This document shows positions 27,614-36,768 of a stretch of 64,000 nt of DNA, in pieces (the stretch's first letter is position 1; the number at the start of each line of letters is the position of its first letter). The stretch is from an uncultured Planctomycetales bacterium (lineage in GTDB: Bacteria; Omnitrophota; Gorgyraeia; Aquiviventales; Aquiviventaceae). The stretch is from positions 6,651 through 70,650 of the forward strand of contig CAYJTP010000004.1 of assembly GCA_964373175.1 (NCBI GenBank), written 5' to 3'. A program made the position numbers and the translations under genes. A model generated the notes under the pieces. That model did no database searches. It was not told the DNA's origin and worked only from the letters and a program-made list of their open reading frames with translations.

Positions 27614-28478
27614 CGGTTCGCACCAATTCTACACCAGCGCCGTGTGCGGTCACCACACCAATCTCCGTCAGGGGTAGGCGACCAATCGCCGCCGGCACGC
27701 GAGGGGCGATCCGCTGCGGGACCGTGAACAGCAATTCAAAATCTTCCCCGTCCATGAGCGCATGCCACGCCGTCTCGGCGGCTTGAGCCACGGGGATCGC
27801 GTCTTCGTGGATCTGGAACGTCACACGGCTAGCCCGCGCCAGCTGCCAGAGATCAGACGCCAGTCCATCCGAGAGATCAATCATGGCATGCACAGGAAGA
27901 TGCGCCACGAGCCACTGGGCCTCGCGCAGCCGTGGCGTGAAGGTCGCATGCCGGTGGTGCGCTAAGGCTCCGCCCAATCGCCCGGTCACGAACACCCGCT
28001 CACCGAGCTTGGCGCCACTGCGCAGGACAAGATGCTTCGGCCGGACGGTTCCGAGAATCGCGACGTCGATCACCACACACGGGGCGCGGACCGTATCGCC
28101 GCCGACGATCGCCACGCCAAATCGTCTGGCGCAGCGCACCAAGCCGTGGTAGAGCCGATCCACAAACGACACGGCAACCTGGCGCGGAAGTCCGAGAGAC
28201 ACAACCGCGTATTTCGGCACACCTCCCATCGCCGCGATGTCGCTGATATTGCATGCCAAGGCCTTCCATCCGATCCAGTGAGGGGCCAGATGTCCTCGCG
28301 TGAAGTGCACCCCCTCAATCAGCATGTCACTGGCAAAGAGCAGTGACTTGGTTCGCGTCGCGCGGAGAACCGCCGTGTCATCCCCGATTCCCACCAGCAC
28401 CGACGGGACAACGGGAATCCGTCGCCTGAGGCGGTCAATCAAGCCCACTTCCCCCAGCGTGGCAATCGTCCGCGTCAT
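27567..28478 (-). CDS. thiL: Thiamine-monophosphate kinase. The true start is ATG at 28476-28478, and the listed ORF extension runs into repeat DNA.
   Basis: MTRTIATLGEVGLIDRL…AIR-synthase-related fold motifs (…GDDTAVL…, …GGDTVRAP…). The upstream 61 codons of the listed ORF are encoded by the TIR element. Confidence 0.85.
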   Translation of the reverse strand: MTRTIATLGEVGLIDRLRRRIPVVPSVLVGIGDDTAVLRATRTKSLLFASDMLIEGVHFTRGHLAPHWIGWKALACNISDIAAMGGVPKYAVVSLGLPRQVAVSFVDRLYHGLVRCARRFGVAIVGGDTVRAPCVVIDVAILGTVRPKHLVLRSGAKLGERVFVTGRLGGALAHHRHATFTPRLREAQWLVAHLPVHAMIDLSDGLASDLWQLARASRVTFQIHEDAIPVAQAAETAWHALMDGEDFELLFTVPQRIAPRVPAAIGRLPLTEIGVVTAHGAGVELVRTDGRITSLIPKGFKHF

Positions 28479-28706
28479 CCCCCCACCTGTCTTCCCCGGC
28501 CCGCCGATAGCCCTCGCCGCCCGCCCCGGCTGTCGCCGGCGTCGGGCCGGGGGGGCGGGCGGCCCGGAGGGCCAACCGCGTTTGGGTTCATGGGTTGATT
28601 CACCTTCGGTGAACCCCCACACCACCCCGCCATCGGCGGGGTGGCGTCGGGGGAGCGCCATTCGGGGCTTCCTGGTGTGGGGGTGAATAGACAGGTGGGG
28701 GGATCA
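28479..28706. mobile_element. MITE-like element copy 1 (~228 bp). Terminal inverted repeats GTCATCCCCCCACCTG … CAGGTGGGGGGATCAT, with a nested CCCCCACACC…GGTGTGGGGG palindrome and a CCACCCCGCCA..GGCGGGGTGG REP.
   Basis: It is directly adjacent to the thiL ATG (…cgcgtcat|ccccccacctgtcttcc…gaatagacaggtggggggatcat). The interior shares ~70 bp with copy 2 at 34447-34600 (ccggcccgccgatagccctcgccgYccgccccggctgtcgccggcgtcgggccgggggggcgggc). Confidence 0.65.
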
Positions 28707-29735
28707 TCCCAACGCCTTGAACGTCAATCCCAGCCCCACCAACAAGGCGTTGTGAACCATGTGGACCGCAATGGGGCTGAATAACGACCCGGTCCGCTCA
28801 TAGAGATCGGCGAGCAAACAGCCCAGGATCACGATGGGGAGGAATCCGATGGGGTTGGTGTGGACCGCCGCGAACATCGAGCCGCTGATCAGCATGGCGA
28901 CAACGCGAGACATCCGGGTCCGCAGCGCGGGAAAGAGCACCCCTCGAAAAAAGATCTCCTCGACCACCGGCCCCACGAGGCACGCCAGCACGACGGTCAG
29001 CCCCACGATGATCCCCCGTTCCTCAAAGAGCAATTCCTGAATGGGCTCCAGGGGCGGCTGAATGCCGAACCGCTGGCACAGTTGGATCAGGATCCACAGG
29101 AGCCCGAAGATCCAGGGAAAGAGCGTCACATAACCCCGAAGCCCTTGCGTGATGGCCCCAGCCACCCTGCGTCGAGACAAACCCAAGGCCATCCGAACGG
29201 AGAGCGCTCTGGCGGACGCGAATCCGCACACGGTGAGCACGAGAAATCCGTGCACGATGAACATCGCAAGCACGCTCCACAGGTGCGGATCGGCCAGCTG
29301 CGATGGCCCCCACGCCATCAGGCTCAGGTGCACAAACGGGAGGAGGCTCGCGACCAACGCCAGCAACAGCACCATGCGGGCCAGTTCTTGGAGTGACCAA
29401 CTCCGGGGGAGTTTGGAGCGGTAGCGAAAGAGTCGGCGCAGGTTCCGTCGCCGGACGAGCTGGACCGTCAGCCCAACGCCACTCACGACCAGCCCAACCA
29501 ACAGCACGGCCCAGAATCCCAAGAGGAGCGCTACCCTGGGCTTCTGGGAAAAAAGCGACACCAGTTTTGTCGGGTCACGCTCAAGTCCCTGGAATTTCGT
29601 CGACGGGGCAGGGGTTTCGAATTCCGGCTCCAAGGCGCTGTGCAATCGAACCGGGGTACCGATGAACAACCGTGTGTACAGCACAAGGACGATGAGACCG
29701 AGCCCTGCATACAACCACCAGCCGCGATGAAGCAT
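28704..29735 (-). CDS. CPBP family intramembrane glutamic metalloprotease (CAAX protease-like)
   Basis: …VVEEIFFRGVLFPAL… (EExxxR), …FAAVH… and …HMVHNALL… motifs in a multi-TM protein. The probable start is the internal Met at ~29735 (MLHRGWWLYAG). It abuts the metG stop. Confidence 0.75.
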   Translation of the reverse strand: MLHRGWWLYAGLGLIVLVLYTRLFIGTPVRLHSALEPEFETPAPSTKFQGLERDPTKLVSLFSQKPRVALLLGFWAVLLVGLVVSGVGLTVQLVRRRNLRRLFRYRSKLPRSWSLQELARMVLLLALVASLLPFVHLSLMAWGPSQLADPHLWSVLAMFIVHGFLVLTVCGFASARALSVRMALGLSRRRVAGAITQGLRGYVTLFPWIFGLLWILIQLCQRFGIQPPLEPIQELLFEERGIIVGLTVVLACLVGPVVEEIFFRGVLFPALRTRMSRVVAMLISGSMFAAVHTNPIGFLPIVILGCLLADLYERTGSLFSPIAVHMVHNALLVGLGLTFKALG

Positions 29736-31321
29736 CAGGCGCGTGAGGAGTCCGGCCGAGGAAATAAGACGTCCCGCCTCCCGAGGGGTTGGCCAGGCGT
29801 AAGGCCTGGCCAGGAGGTCGTATCCGCGAAGCGTCGAGGCGCCTGGCCCATCCCGAGTTGACCCCAGATGGCTTGCGCCACACACGGCATGAACGGCTCC
29901 ATGGTGATCGCGACAACCCGGATGACTTCCGCAAGGACCGCTAAGACCGTGTGCAATCGCTCAGGGGAAGATGTCTTCGCCAGTTGCCAGGGGCTGGTGG
30001 TTTCGATGTACCGATTGGCATGGCTGACCAGCTGAAAGATGGCGTCGAGCGCTTCCGCAAAATTGAGTCGTGCCATCGCCGTCTCCAGCCGCTTCCCGAG
30101 GCCCAAGGCTTCCTGGCGTACGGGCTCATCATCAACCGCACACCCCACCGGACCGAGCGAGGGCAGGACGCCGTGGCAGTAGCGCTCGATCATGGAGAGG
30201 GTTCGATGCACGAGGTTCCCGAGGTCATTGGCCAAGTCCGCATTCAACCGAGTGAGAATCGCCTCTTCAGAGAAGTTGCCATCTTGGCCGAAGGGGATCT
30301 CGCGCAACAGAAAGTAGCGGTAGACATCGGCCGCGTACGGCTGCGAGGCCAGCACCTCGCGAATGACCACCGCGGGATCAACGATATTCCCGCGCGACTT
30401 GGACATCTTCTGCTCGCCCACCTTCCACCACCCATGGGCCACGATCATCCGCGGCATGTGGTCATCCGGAAATCCCAAGGCATGGAGCACAATCGGCCAG
30501 TAAATGGCATGATGCCTGAGGATATCCTTCCCGATGAGATGGACGTCGGCAGGCCAGAGGGACGCGAACCGACGCTCGTCCTCTCCGTAGCCCGGGGCGC
30601 TGATGTAGTTGAGTAGCGCATCGAACCAGACATAGGTCACGTGTTGCGGGCTGAACGGCACTGGGATCCCCCATCCCACCCGCTGGCGGGGTCGGGTGAT
30701 GCAGAGGGACTCGGGGAGAGGGCGGTCTAGGAGACTGGCCATTTCGTTGTAGCGTGTCTCAGGATGGATGAAGGTCTTGTGGTCTCGGACAAACCCCCGC
30801 AGCCAGTCTTGGGCGGGGCGCAGCGGCAGGTGCCACCCGTCTTCATGGACTCCCTCTACAGAACGCTGACAACTGGGGCACAGCGGCTGCTCAGCGACGG
30901 GGCTGAGTTCCTCGTGGGTCCAAAATGTCTCGCACGGGGTGCAGTACCACCCCTCATAGGTCGCCCGAAGCACCTTGCGTTCATCGTGCAGGCGCGCGAG
31001 GCAGGCCTGCACGATGCGGATGTGACGCGCTTGGGTCGTGCGAATGAAATCATCATAGGAAATGGATAAGAGCTGCCAGAGGGCGGTGAATCGCTCAACG
31101 ACGTCATCGACAAAGCGCTGCGGCGTGTGCCCAGCGGCCGTTGCGGCTTGTTCGATCTTCTGCCCATGCTCATCGGTCCCGGTCAACAGGAAGACGGCTT
31201 CCCCTTTGAGCCGGTGGTAGCGCGCCACGCAATCGGCCGCGATATTGGTATAGGAGTGCCCGATGTGGGGCGCGGCGTTGACGTAGTACAACGGCGTCGT
31301 GAGATAGTATGTCTTCGACAT
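29735..31321 (-). CDS. metG: Methionyl-tRNA synthetase (short form without a C-terminal tRNA-binding domain)
   Basis: Class I signatures PLYYVNAAPHIGHSYTN (HIGH) and KMSKSRGN (KMSKS). Zinc knuckle CPSCQ. Confidence 0.95.
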   Translation of the reverse strand: MSKTYYLTTPLYYVNAAPHIGHSYTNIAADCVARYHRLKGEAVFLLTGTDEHGQKIEQAATAAGHTPQRFVDDVVERFTALWQLLSISYDDFIRTTQARHIRIVQACLARLHDERKVLRATYEGWYCTPCETFWTHEELSPVAEQPLCPSCQRSVEGVHEDGWHLPLRPAQDWLRGFVRDHKTFIHPETRYNEMASLLDRPLPESLCITRPRQRVGWGIPVPFSPQHVTYVWFDALLNYISAPGYGEDERRFASLWPADVHLIGKDILRHHAIYWPIVLHALGFPDDHMPRMIVAHGWWKVGEQKMSKSRGNIVDPAVVIREVLASQPYAADVYRYFLLREIPFGQDGNFSEEAILTRLNADLANDLGNLVHRTLSMIERYCHGVLPSLGPVGCAVDDEPVRQEALGLGKRLETAMARLNFAEALDAIFQLVSHANRYIETTSPWQLAKTSSPERLHTVLAVLAEVIRVVAITMEPFMPCVAQAIWGQLGMGQAPRRFADTTSWPGLTPGQPLGRRDVLFPRPDSSRA

Positions 31322-31326
31322 GTCTG

Positions 31327-32391
31327 TCAGGGGCGTGGGGCGTGGGGCGTGGGGCGTGGGGCATCGCTCTGACCGTGCCCCTCGTCTCTCGCCCCCTGCC
31401 CCAACAAATCAAGCCATTCTTCGCGTAAGAGGGTCCCGACCAATCGGGGGCTCACCATCTGCTCAAGGGACCCCCATAACTCAATGAGCCGGAGGCCCGT
31501 CTCCACGCAGCGCTCGCTGTCCACCTGCTTCGCTTGCCGATGGATCGTCGTGGCGGCGTCCCGATGGCTCACCAGCGACTCATCCGCCACGGCCGCAACC
31601 GCAAGGTCACGAAGCCACGCAATCGACCCCATGAGCCAGGAAGCCACTTCCTGACGGTCCATCGGGACCGCCCATCCCAGCCACGGAGCTGGCGAGGCTG
31701 CACCAAACTGCGCGACCATTCCCTCCAGCGCCTTCCACTGCGTCATCACCTCAAGTGCCCGCGAGAGGCTCCCTTGGGCCAGACGGCTGATGGCCTGCGC
31801 AATCTGTGGAGGACAGGCGTGCCTGGTGACCAGCGAGTCTTCGATGAGGGAAGCGGACAGCCGAGCAAACCGAATGACCTGGCATCGCGAGACAATCGTC
31901 GCAAGGCAGCGGGCGGGCTGATCGGTCAGGAGAACAAACCGCGCGTGGGCGGGCGGTTCTTCGAGCGACTTCAGGAGGATGTTCCCCGCTTCCTCGGTCA
32001 ACCGATCCGCCCCATCCACGATCACCACCTGACACGTCCCCATGAAGGGACGCAGCGCAATCCGGCCTAACACGCCCCGAACCTCATCGATCCGAATCAG
32101 CTCTGAGGCGCCATGCGGGAAAAGCCCGTGCACATCAGGATGGACCTGGCGGTCGATCCGCTGACAGCTGTCGCAGCGATCACAGGAGTCGCTGTCGCCG
32201 TGTTCGCAGTTGAGGGCTTTAGCTAATGTTCTCGCCACGAGGCGCTTGCCGACCCCATCCGGTCCCACAAAGAGATACGCAAGCGCCAGACGCTGGCGGC
32301 TCGCGTGGGTCTGCAAGATCCGAAGGGCAAGGGCTTGTCCATGAATCTCCGTCCACGCCATCCGACCGAGTCCTATCCTGAAGGCCGCCAC
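31327..32391 (-). CDS. holB: DNA polymerase III delta-prime subunit
   Basis: AAA+ fold with AYLFVGPDGVGKRLVARTLAKALNCEH and the Zn module CDRCDSCQ. The C-terminal tail (…DAPRPTPHAPRP) is encoded by GGGGCGTGGGGCGTGGGG repeats. Confidence 0.85.
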   Translation of the reverse strand: MAAFRIGLGRMAWTEIHGQALALRILQTHASRQRLALAYLFVGPDGVGKRLVARTLAKALNCEHGDSDSCDRCDSCQRIDRQVHPDVHGLFPHGASELIRIDEVRGVLGRIALRPFMGTCQVVIVDGADRLTEEAGNILLKSLEEPPAHARFVLLTDQPARCLATIVSRCQVIRFARLSASLIEDSLVTRHACPPQIAQAISRLAQGSLSRALEVMTQWKALEGMVAQFGAASPAPWLGWAVPMDRQEVASWLMGSIAWLRDLAVAAVADESLVSHRDAATTIHRQAKQVDSERCVETGLRLIELWGSLEQMVSPRLVGTLLREEWLDLLGQGARDEGHGQSDAPRPTPHAPRP

Positions 32392-32413
32392 CTGTCCAGG
32401 GACCGATGGGTGA

Positions 32414-33058
32414 TCATCGCTGAGAATCGAGCCAGCTCAAAACCACACCGAGTACCCGGCGCGCAATCTCGGCTTGAGGCTGGGTGGCGTCAATGGCCAC
32501 AAAGCGCTGGGGCTCTCGCTGAGCGAGTTGACGGTACCCGGCTCGGACGCGCTCATGGAACGCGCGAGCTTTCTGTTCCATGCGATCCCGCGGCCTCCCC
32601 ACGCGTGCAAAACCTACCGCCGTTGGGACATCCAGGAGAATCGTCAGATCCGGGAGCCTCCCGTCAATCACCGCTCGGCCAAGCTGATCGAGCCAGTGGA
32701 CATCGACGCCTCCGCCGAACCCTTGATAGGCCACCGTCGAATCATGGAAGCGGTCGCACACCACGACGGCCCCTCGCTGCAATGCGGGACGGATCCGCGC
32801 CTGAATGAGCTGGAGCCGCCCCGCGAGAAAGAGCAGGGCCTCCGCTAGCGGGGAGAATCGATCCGACCCATCATGCAGCAACGTCTGCCGCAGACGACGA
32901 CCCAATGGCGTTGACCCGGGGTCGCAGACAAACACCACGGATTTCCTCCGAGTACGCAAGACCCGGACGAGACGTTTCGCCTGGCTCGACTTACCAGAGC
33001 CTTCTGGACCTTCGAAGGTGATGAAGAACCCAGGACGCGTCATGTCACGCGACGCCAC
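32414..33058 (-). CDS. tmk: Thymidylate kinase
   Basis: FITFEGPEGSGKSSQ P-loop, DRF-like motif (CDRFHDSTVAYQG). Confidence 0.9.
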   Translation of the reverse strand: MASRDMTRPGFFITFEGPEGSGKSSQAKRLVRVLRTRRKSVVFVCDPGSTPLGRRLRQTLLHDGSDRFSPLAEALLFLAGRLQLIQARIRPALQRGAVVVCDRFHDSTVAYQGFGGGVDVHWLDQLGRAVIDGRLPDLTILLDVPTAVGFARVGRPRDRMEQKARAFHERVRAGYRQLAQREPQRFVAIDATQPQAEIARRVLGVVLSWLDSQR

Positions 33059-34446
33059 AACGTCCCGCCGGCGGTATCCGTCAAGAGATATCCCTCCTGC
33101 TGGAGCTGCCGGCGGATTGCATCAGCCCGCTTGAAGTCCTTGGCCTTCCGAGCCCCGTCCCGTTCGGCAACCAGCGCTTGCAACCGTTGCTGGATGTCCG
33201 GACGCTCTTCTGACATGCCGTGGAGGAATAATCCAAGGGCCACCCCCCATTCCAGCAAGACATCATGGATCCCTCGTGCCATGAAGCGCTGTTTCGAGTC
33301 GCCAGACTCCAGGATCCGATGTCCCAGGTTCACCAGATCAAACAGCACGGACAAGGCCTCTGGCGTGTTGAGATCGTTAGCCATCGCTGTGTCGAATTGC
33401 GCTCGAGCCTTGAGGAGCTCTGGTGGAGCCGCTGCGCCACTCACAGCGTCGGGTTTGAGCTGGTCATCGTGTTGGAAAAACCGAGAAAATTCCTGCCAAT
33501 TGGTCTTGGCTTCAACCATGCGCTCCGATGAGTAGTCAATCGGCGACCGATAATGCGTTTTGAGGAAGAAGATTTTCAGGTAGTCGGGGTGAGGATAGTC
33601 CACCAGGACGTGGTCAACGGTCAGAAAGTTGCCCAACGACTTCGACATCTTTTCGCCGTTGACGGTCAGCAGCCCATGATGGACCCAATAACGGGCGAAG
33701 GGTTTGCCAGCCGCCTGGGCCTGGGCGAGTTCATTCTCATGATGCGGAAATACGAGATCGACTCCGCCGCCGTGGATGTCAAACGCATCGCCCAGATACT
33801 TCGTGCTCATCGCTGAACACTCGATATGCCAGCCAGGTCGTCCCCTCCCCCAGGGGCTGTTCCAAGACGGCTCGCCGGGTTTCGCAGCTTTCCACAGCGC
33901 GAAGTCTAACGGATCACGCTTGTGCTCACCCGGTTCCACGCGCGTCCCGGCTTGAAGCTCATCCAAGCTGCGGTTGGAGAGCTGGCCATAACGCGCAAAC
34001 TTCCGCACGGCAAAGTAGACATCGCCACCCGCTTCGTAGGCCGCGCCTTGCATGAGGAGCTTTGAGATCAGGTCGGTCATCTCTGGCACGACATGCTCCG
34101 TCGCGCGCGGCTCGTGCGTGGGAGGGTTGAGGCCAAGCCGATCCAACGTCTCATGATACCGTTTCAAATATCGTTCGGCGACGGCGGTCGGCGATTCACC
34201 GGTCTCCTGGGCTTTCTGGATGATTTTATCGTCGACGTCCGTCACGTTGCGGACACACTGCACCTGGAATCCTTTGTATTCGAGGTAGCGACGCAGGATC
34301 TCAAAGATGTAGGCACTCCGGACGTGGCCGATGTGCGGCTCATCGTACACCGTGGGGCCACAGACATACATCTTCACTGTAGGAGGATCGAGCGGCGTCA
34401 AGTCTTGGACGGTCCGAGTGAGCGTATTGTAAAGGCGCAGGGTCAT
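33040..34446 (-). CDS. cysS: Cysteinyl-tRNA synthetase. The true start is ATG at 34444-34446, and the upstream 112 codons of the listed ORF belong to the TIR element.
   Basis: [16 protein letters not shown]…[18 protein letters not shown] (HIGH) … KMSKSLGN. Confidence 0.9.
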   Translation of the reverse strand: MTLRLYNTLTRTVQDLTPLDPPTVKMYVCGPTVYDEPHIGHVRSAYIFEILRRYLEYKGFQVQCVRNVTDVDDKIIQKAQETGESPTAVAERYLKRYHETLDRLGLNPPTHEPRATEHVVPEMTDLISKLLMQGAAYEAGGDVYFAVRKFARYGQLSNRSLDELQAGTRVEPGEHKRDPLDFALWKAAKPGEPSWNSPWGRGRPGWHIECSAMSTKYLGDAFDIHGGGVDLVFPHHENELAQAQAAGKPFARYWVHHGLLTVNGEKMSKSLGNFLTVDHVLVDYPHPDYLKIFFLKTHYRSPIDYSSERMVEAKTNWQEFSRFFQHDDQLKPDAVSGAAAPPELLKARAQFDTAMANDLNTPEALSVLFDLVNLGHRILESGDSKQRFMARGIHDVLLEWGVALGLFLHGMSEERPDIQQRLQALVAERDGARKAKDFKRADAIRRQLQQEGYLLTDTAGGTLWRRVT

Positions 34447-34600
34447 CCCCCCACCTGCCTTCCCCCCCGGCCCGCCGATAGCCCTCGCCGTCCGCCCCGG
34501 CTGTCGCCGGCGTCGGGCCGGGGGGGCGGGCCGATCAAGCGTTGCGTCTCCTGTTGATTCACCTTCGGTGAATAGGCAGGTGGGGGGATCACGGGCTGTG
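34447..34600. mobile_element. MITE-like element copy 2 (~154 bp), same TIRs as copy 1, directly abutting the cysS ATG
   Basis: ggtcat|ccccccacctgccttcccccccggcccgccgatagccctcgcc…gattcaccttcggtgaataggcaggtggggggatcac. Confidence 0.65.
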
Positions 34601-35302
34601 GTGTGGTGACTGCGATTGCCGGAATTCTTTGAGGTGCCGCTCGATGAGATCAATTTCGTGCTGGAGTTTCTCCAAACGCTCCGTGAGCGGATCCGGGAGG
34701 TTGGTGTGATCGAGATTGATGCCGGGAAAATGGCGATCAGCGGTCCGGGCCACGCGGCCGGGGATCCCCACCACGGTAGCATTCGCCGGGACGTCTCGCA
34801 CCACCACCGCGTTGGCTCCGATCATCGCGTTATCGCCCACCGTGATATGCCCCAGGACTTTCGCCCCAGCGCCAATGACCACATTGTCTCCAATCGTTGG
34901 ATGGCGTTTGCCGCGTTGCTTGCCCGTCCCGCCGAGCGTCACCCCTTGAAACAGCGTCACGTTGTCCCCGATCACCGCCGTCTCCCCAATCACCACCCCC
35001 ATCCCATGGTCGATGAACAACCCCCGGCCAATCATCGCGGCGGGGTGGATCTCAATCCCGGTCGCCCACCGAACCAGCAACATGAGCAACCGCGGGATCA
35101 CGGGGATGTGCAGTCGGGACAACCCGTGGGCGACGCGATACCCAATGATCGCATGCAGTCCTGGATACGCCAGCAGCACCTCGAGCAGATTGCGGGCCGC
35201 AGGGTCTCGCTCAAAGCAGGCGCGGATCTCCTTGGCGAATGCGACTCGAATCATCAAAAGCAGCGTGACAATGAGGACGCTGCTGATAATCAGTGACGTC
35301 AT
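34589..35302 (-). CDS. cysE: Serine O-acetyltransferase
   Basis: N-terminal SAT helical domain plus left-handed beta-helix hexapeptide repeats (…[41 protein letters not shown]…). Confidence 0.9.
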   Translation of the reverse strand: MTSLIISSVLIVTLLLMIRVAFAKEIRACFERDPAARNLLEVLLAYPGLHAIIGYRVAHGLSRLHIPVIPRLLMLLVRWATGIEIHPAAMIGRGLFIDHGMGVVIGETAVIGDNVTLFQGVTLGGTGKQRGKRHPTIGDNVVIGAGAKVLGHITVGDNAMIGANAVVVRDVPANATVVGIPGRVARTADRHFPGINLDHTNLPDPLTERLEKLQHEIDLIERHLKEFRQSQSPHHSP

Positions 35303-35814
35303 GGTGGCGGTTCTCGTTTCCTCAAGGACGATCGGGGGGTGAGCAGGACGACCGCATGGGCCGCGATTCCACGCTTGCCGGGAGGCAGCCCCTCGGTCGT
35401 TTTCGCCTTGACCGAAACCGCGGAGGAGTCCACCTTGAGCAAGCGGCTAATCACCTGCCGCATCTGGGCCTTATACGGAGTCAACGTGGGTTCATCGGTC
35501 ACGACGGTCGCGTCCACGTTCCCGACGCAAAACCCGGCGCGATGGACTCGGCCGAGGGCCTGTTGCACAAACCAGCGGCTGTCCGTCCGCGTGTAGTGCG
35601 GATCGCTGGAGGGAAAAAGCTCGCCGAGATCCGGCGCGCCGATGGCACCCAAGAGCGCATCCGCGATGGCGTGGAGCAAGACATCCGCGTCCGAATGGCC
35701 AGAGAGTCCGCGAGCAGCCGGAATGACCACGCCACCGAGTTTCAACGGACGCCGACTGGCGTTAAAACGATGGCTATCGTAGCCAATGCCTATTCTCATT
35801 TCATGTCCCTTCAT
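35299..35814 (-). CDS. ispF: 2-C-methyl-D-erythritol 2,4-cyclodiphosphate synthase
   Basis: [12 protein letters not shown]…[19 protein letters not shown]… The probable start is the Met at ~35799. Confidence 0.9.
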   Translation of the reverse strand: MKGHEMRIGIGYDSHRFNASRRPLKLGGVVIPAARGLSGHSDADVLLHAIADALLGAIGAPDLGELFPSSDPHYTRTDSRWFVQQALGRVHRAGFCVGNVDATVVTDEPTLTPYKAQMRQVISRLLKVDSSAVSVKAKTTEGLPPGKRGIAAHAVVLLTPRSSLRKREPPP

Positions 35815-35915
35815 TCAGAGGACAGAAGTCAGAAATCAGAAGACAGATCAACGCTAAACACACCGGAGGGTCTATTCTGATTTCTGTCCTCTGCCATCTG
35901 TCCTCTGGTACCTCC
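35815..35915. repeat. Heptamer-repeat element, copy e: inverted pair forming a long hairpin between ispD and ispF
   Basis: cagaggacagaagtcagaaatcagaagacaga…(loop)…tctgatttctgtcctctgccatctgtcctctg. Confidence 0.8.
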
Positions 35916-36669
35916 GCTTCAAGATCGCTTCTGCAAGTAGCAGATCTTCGCGGGTGGTGACCTTGATATTCAACGGATCCCCCGGCACCACATGAACCGG
36001 AAACCCGGCCCATTCCAGCAGGGCCGCGTCATCCCACCACCCGTCGCATCCGCCAAAGGCGGATCGATCGGCCCTTTGGGCCGAGCGACGAGTGGTGGGA
36101 TCATCCGGCATGGTCTCCAAGTGATGATCGACCCGCGCGAGTGTCTCTGCCAGCCAGTCTCGACGAAAAACCTGAGGCGTTTGCATGAACCAGAGGCTGT
36201 CTCGATCGAGGGTCAATCGAACCGTCGCGGCCTGATCGACGGCCTTCACGGTCACCGAGGCTGGCAAGCCGCACGCCACGGCTCCATAGCGCCGGGCCTG
36301 TGCAATCGTTGCCTGGATCAGACGTCGCGTGAGACACGGCCGAGCCCCGTCATGGACGAGAACCCATTGGGCCTTGGCAGGCAGTGCTGCCATCCCTCGG
36401 ATGACTGACTGGGCCCGCGTTGAGCCGCCGATGACAAGGGCCGTCACTTTCGTCAGCCGATGGCGTCGCACGAGACGCTGCATCGCGGCGCGATCCGCTC
36501 GGCGGACAGCCACCACAATCCACCGAATCGCCGGGGTCACCTCAAGCGCCTTGAGGGGGTGGAGGATGAGCGGCTGTCCCGCGAGCGTGATGAAGGCTTT
36601 CGAGGTCGGCCCTCCCAGGCGCATTCCTTGCCCCGCGGCAGGAATCACGGCTCCAACGTTCCGGACCAT
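35872..36669 (-). CDS. ispD: 2-C-methyl-D-erythritol 4-phosphate cytidylyltransferase carrying an in-frame ~26-aa insertion and a heptamer-encoded C-terminal tail
   Basis: MVRNVGAVIPAAGQGMRLG… conserved IspD blocks through …NIKVTTREDLLLAEAIL. Insertion PDDPTTRRSAQRADRSAFGGCDGWWD between …HLETM and DAALLEWAGF (E. coli has …TITDEASALEYCGF…). Confidence 0.85.
   Translation of the reverse strand: MVRNVGAVIPAAGQGMRLGGPTSKAFITLAGQPLILHPLKALEVTPAIRWIVVAVRRADRAAMQRLVRRHRLTKVTALVIGGSTRAQSVIRGMAALPAKAQWVLVHDGARPCLTRRLIQATIAQARRYGAVACGLPASVTVKAVDQAATVRLTLDRDSLWFMQTPQVFRRDWLAETLARVDHHLETMPDDPTTRRSAQRADRSAFGGCDGWWDDAALLEWAGFPVHVVPGDPLNIKVTTREDLLLAEAILKRRYQRTDGRGQKSE
36031..36101. mobile_element. Miniature TIR element (GTCATCCCACCAC … GTGGTGGGATCAT) with internal CCGCCAAAGGCGG and GGCCCTTTGGGCC hairpins, inserted in frame inside ispD
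   Basis: gtcatcccaccacccgtcgcatccgccaaaggcggatcgatcggccctttgggccgagcgacgagtggtgggatcatcc. It has the same terminal motif and the same GTCAT/ATGAT end asymmetry as the elements at 25419, 28479 and 34447. Confidence 0.7.
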
Positions 36670-36768
36670 CGAGGTTCACCTCATCACCGCGCCGCTCACG
36701 TGTATGGAGGAGGCCGTTGGTGTCTGTTCGTGGCGGAATACTGCTGTGCCCGTTGTGGGGAGGCGTCG

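Noticed and set aside
28479-28706. TPP riboswitch upstream of thiL
   Set aside because: The same structured element with the same termini sits upstream of cysS, and related copies lie near ilvB and inside ispD. That is incompatible with a thiamine-specific riboswitch. It is a dispersed repeat.
31330-31400. Possible CRISPR array suggested by short GC-rich direct repeats (GGGGCGTGGGGCGTGGGGCGTGGGG and similar at 52240, 20920)
   Set aside because: Repeats are 6-8 nt with no unique spacers of 25-40 nt, no leader, and no cas genes. They are simple G-rich repeats or parts of palindromic elements.
33040-34782. Listed N-terminal extensions of cysS (112 codons), thiL (61), clpC (48), uvrC (64) and the HD-GYP gene (167)
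   Set aside because: Conserved family N-termini begin at internal ATGs ([38 protein letters not shown]…PGVYLF, MSHPMSS). The upstream stretches are encoded by TIR or REP repeat DNA or by the 3' end of the preceding gene. They are ORF-caller artefacts and not fusion proteins.
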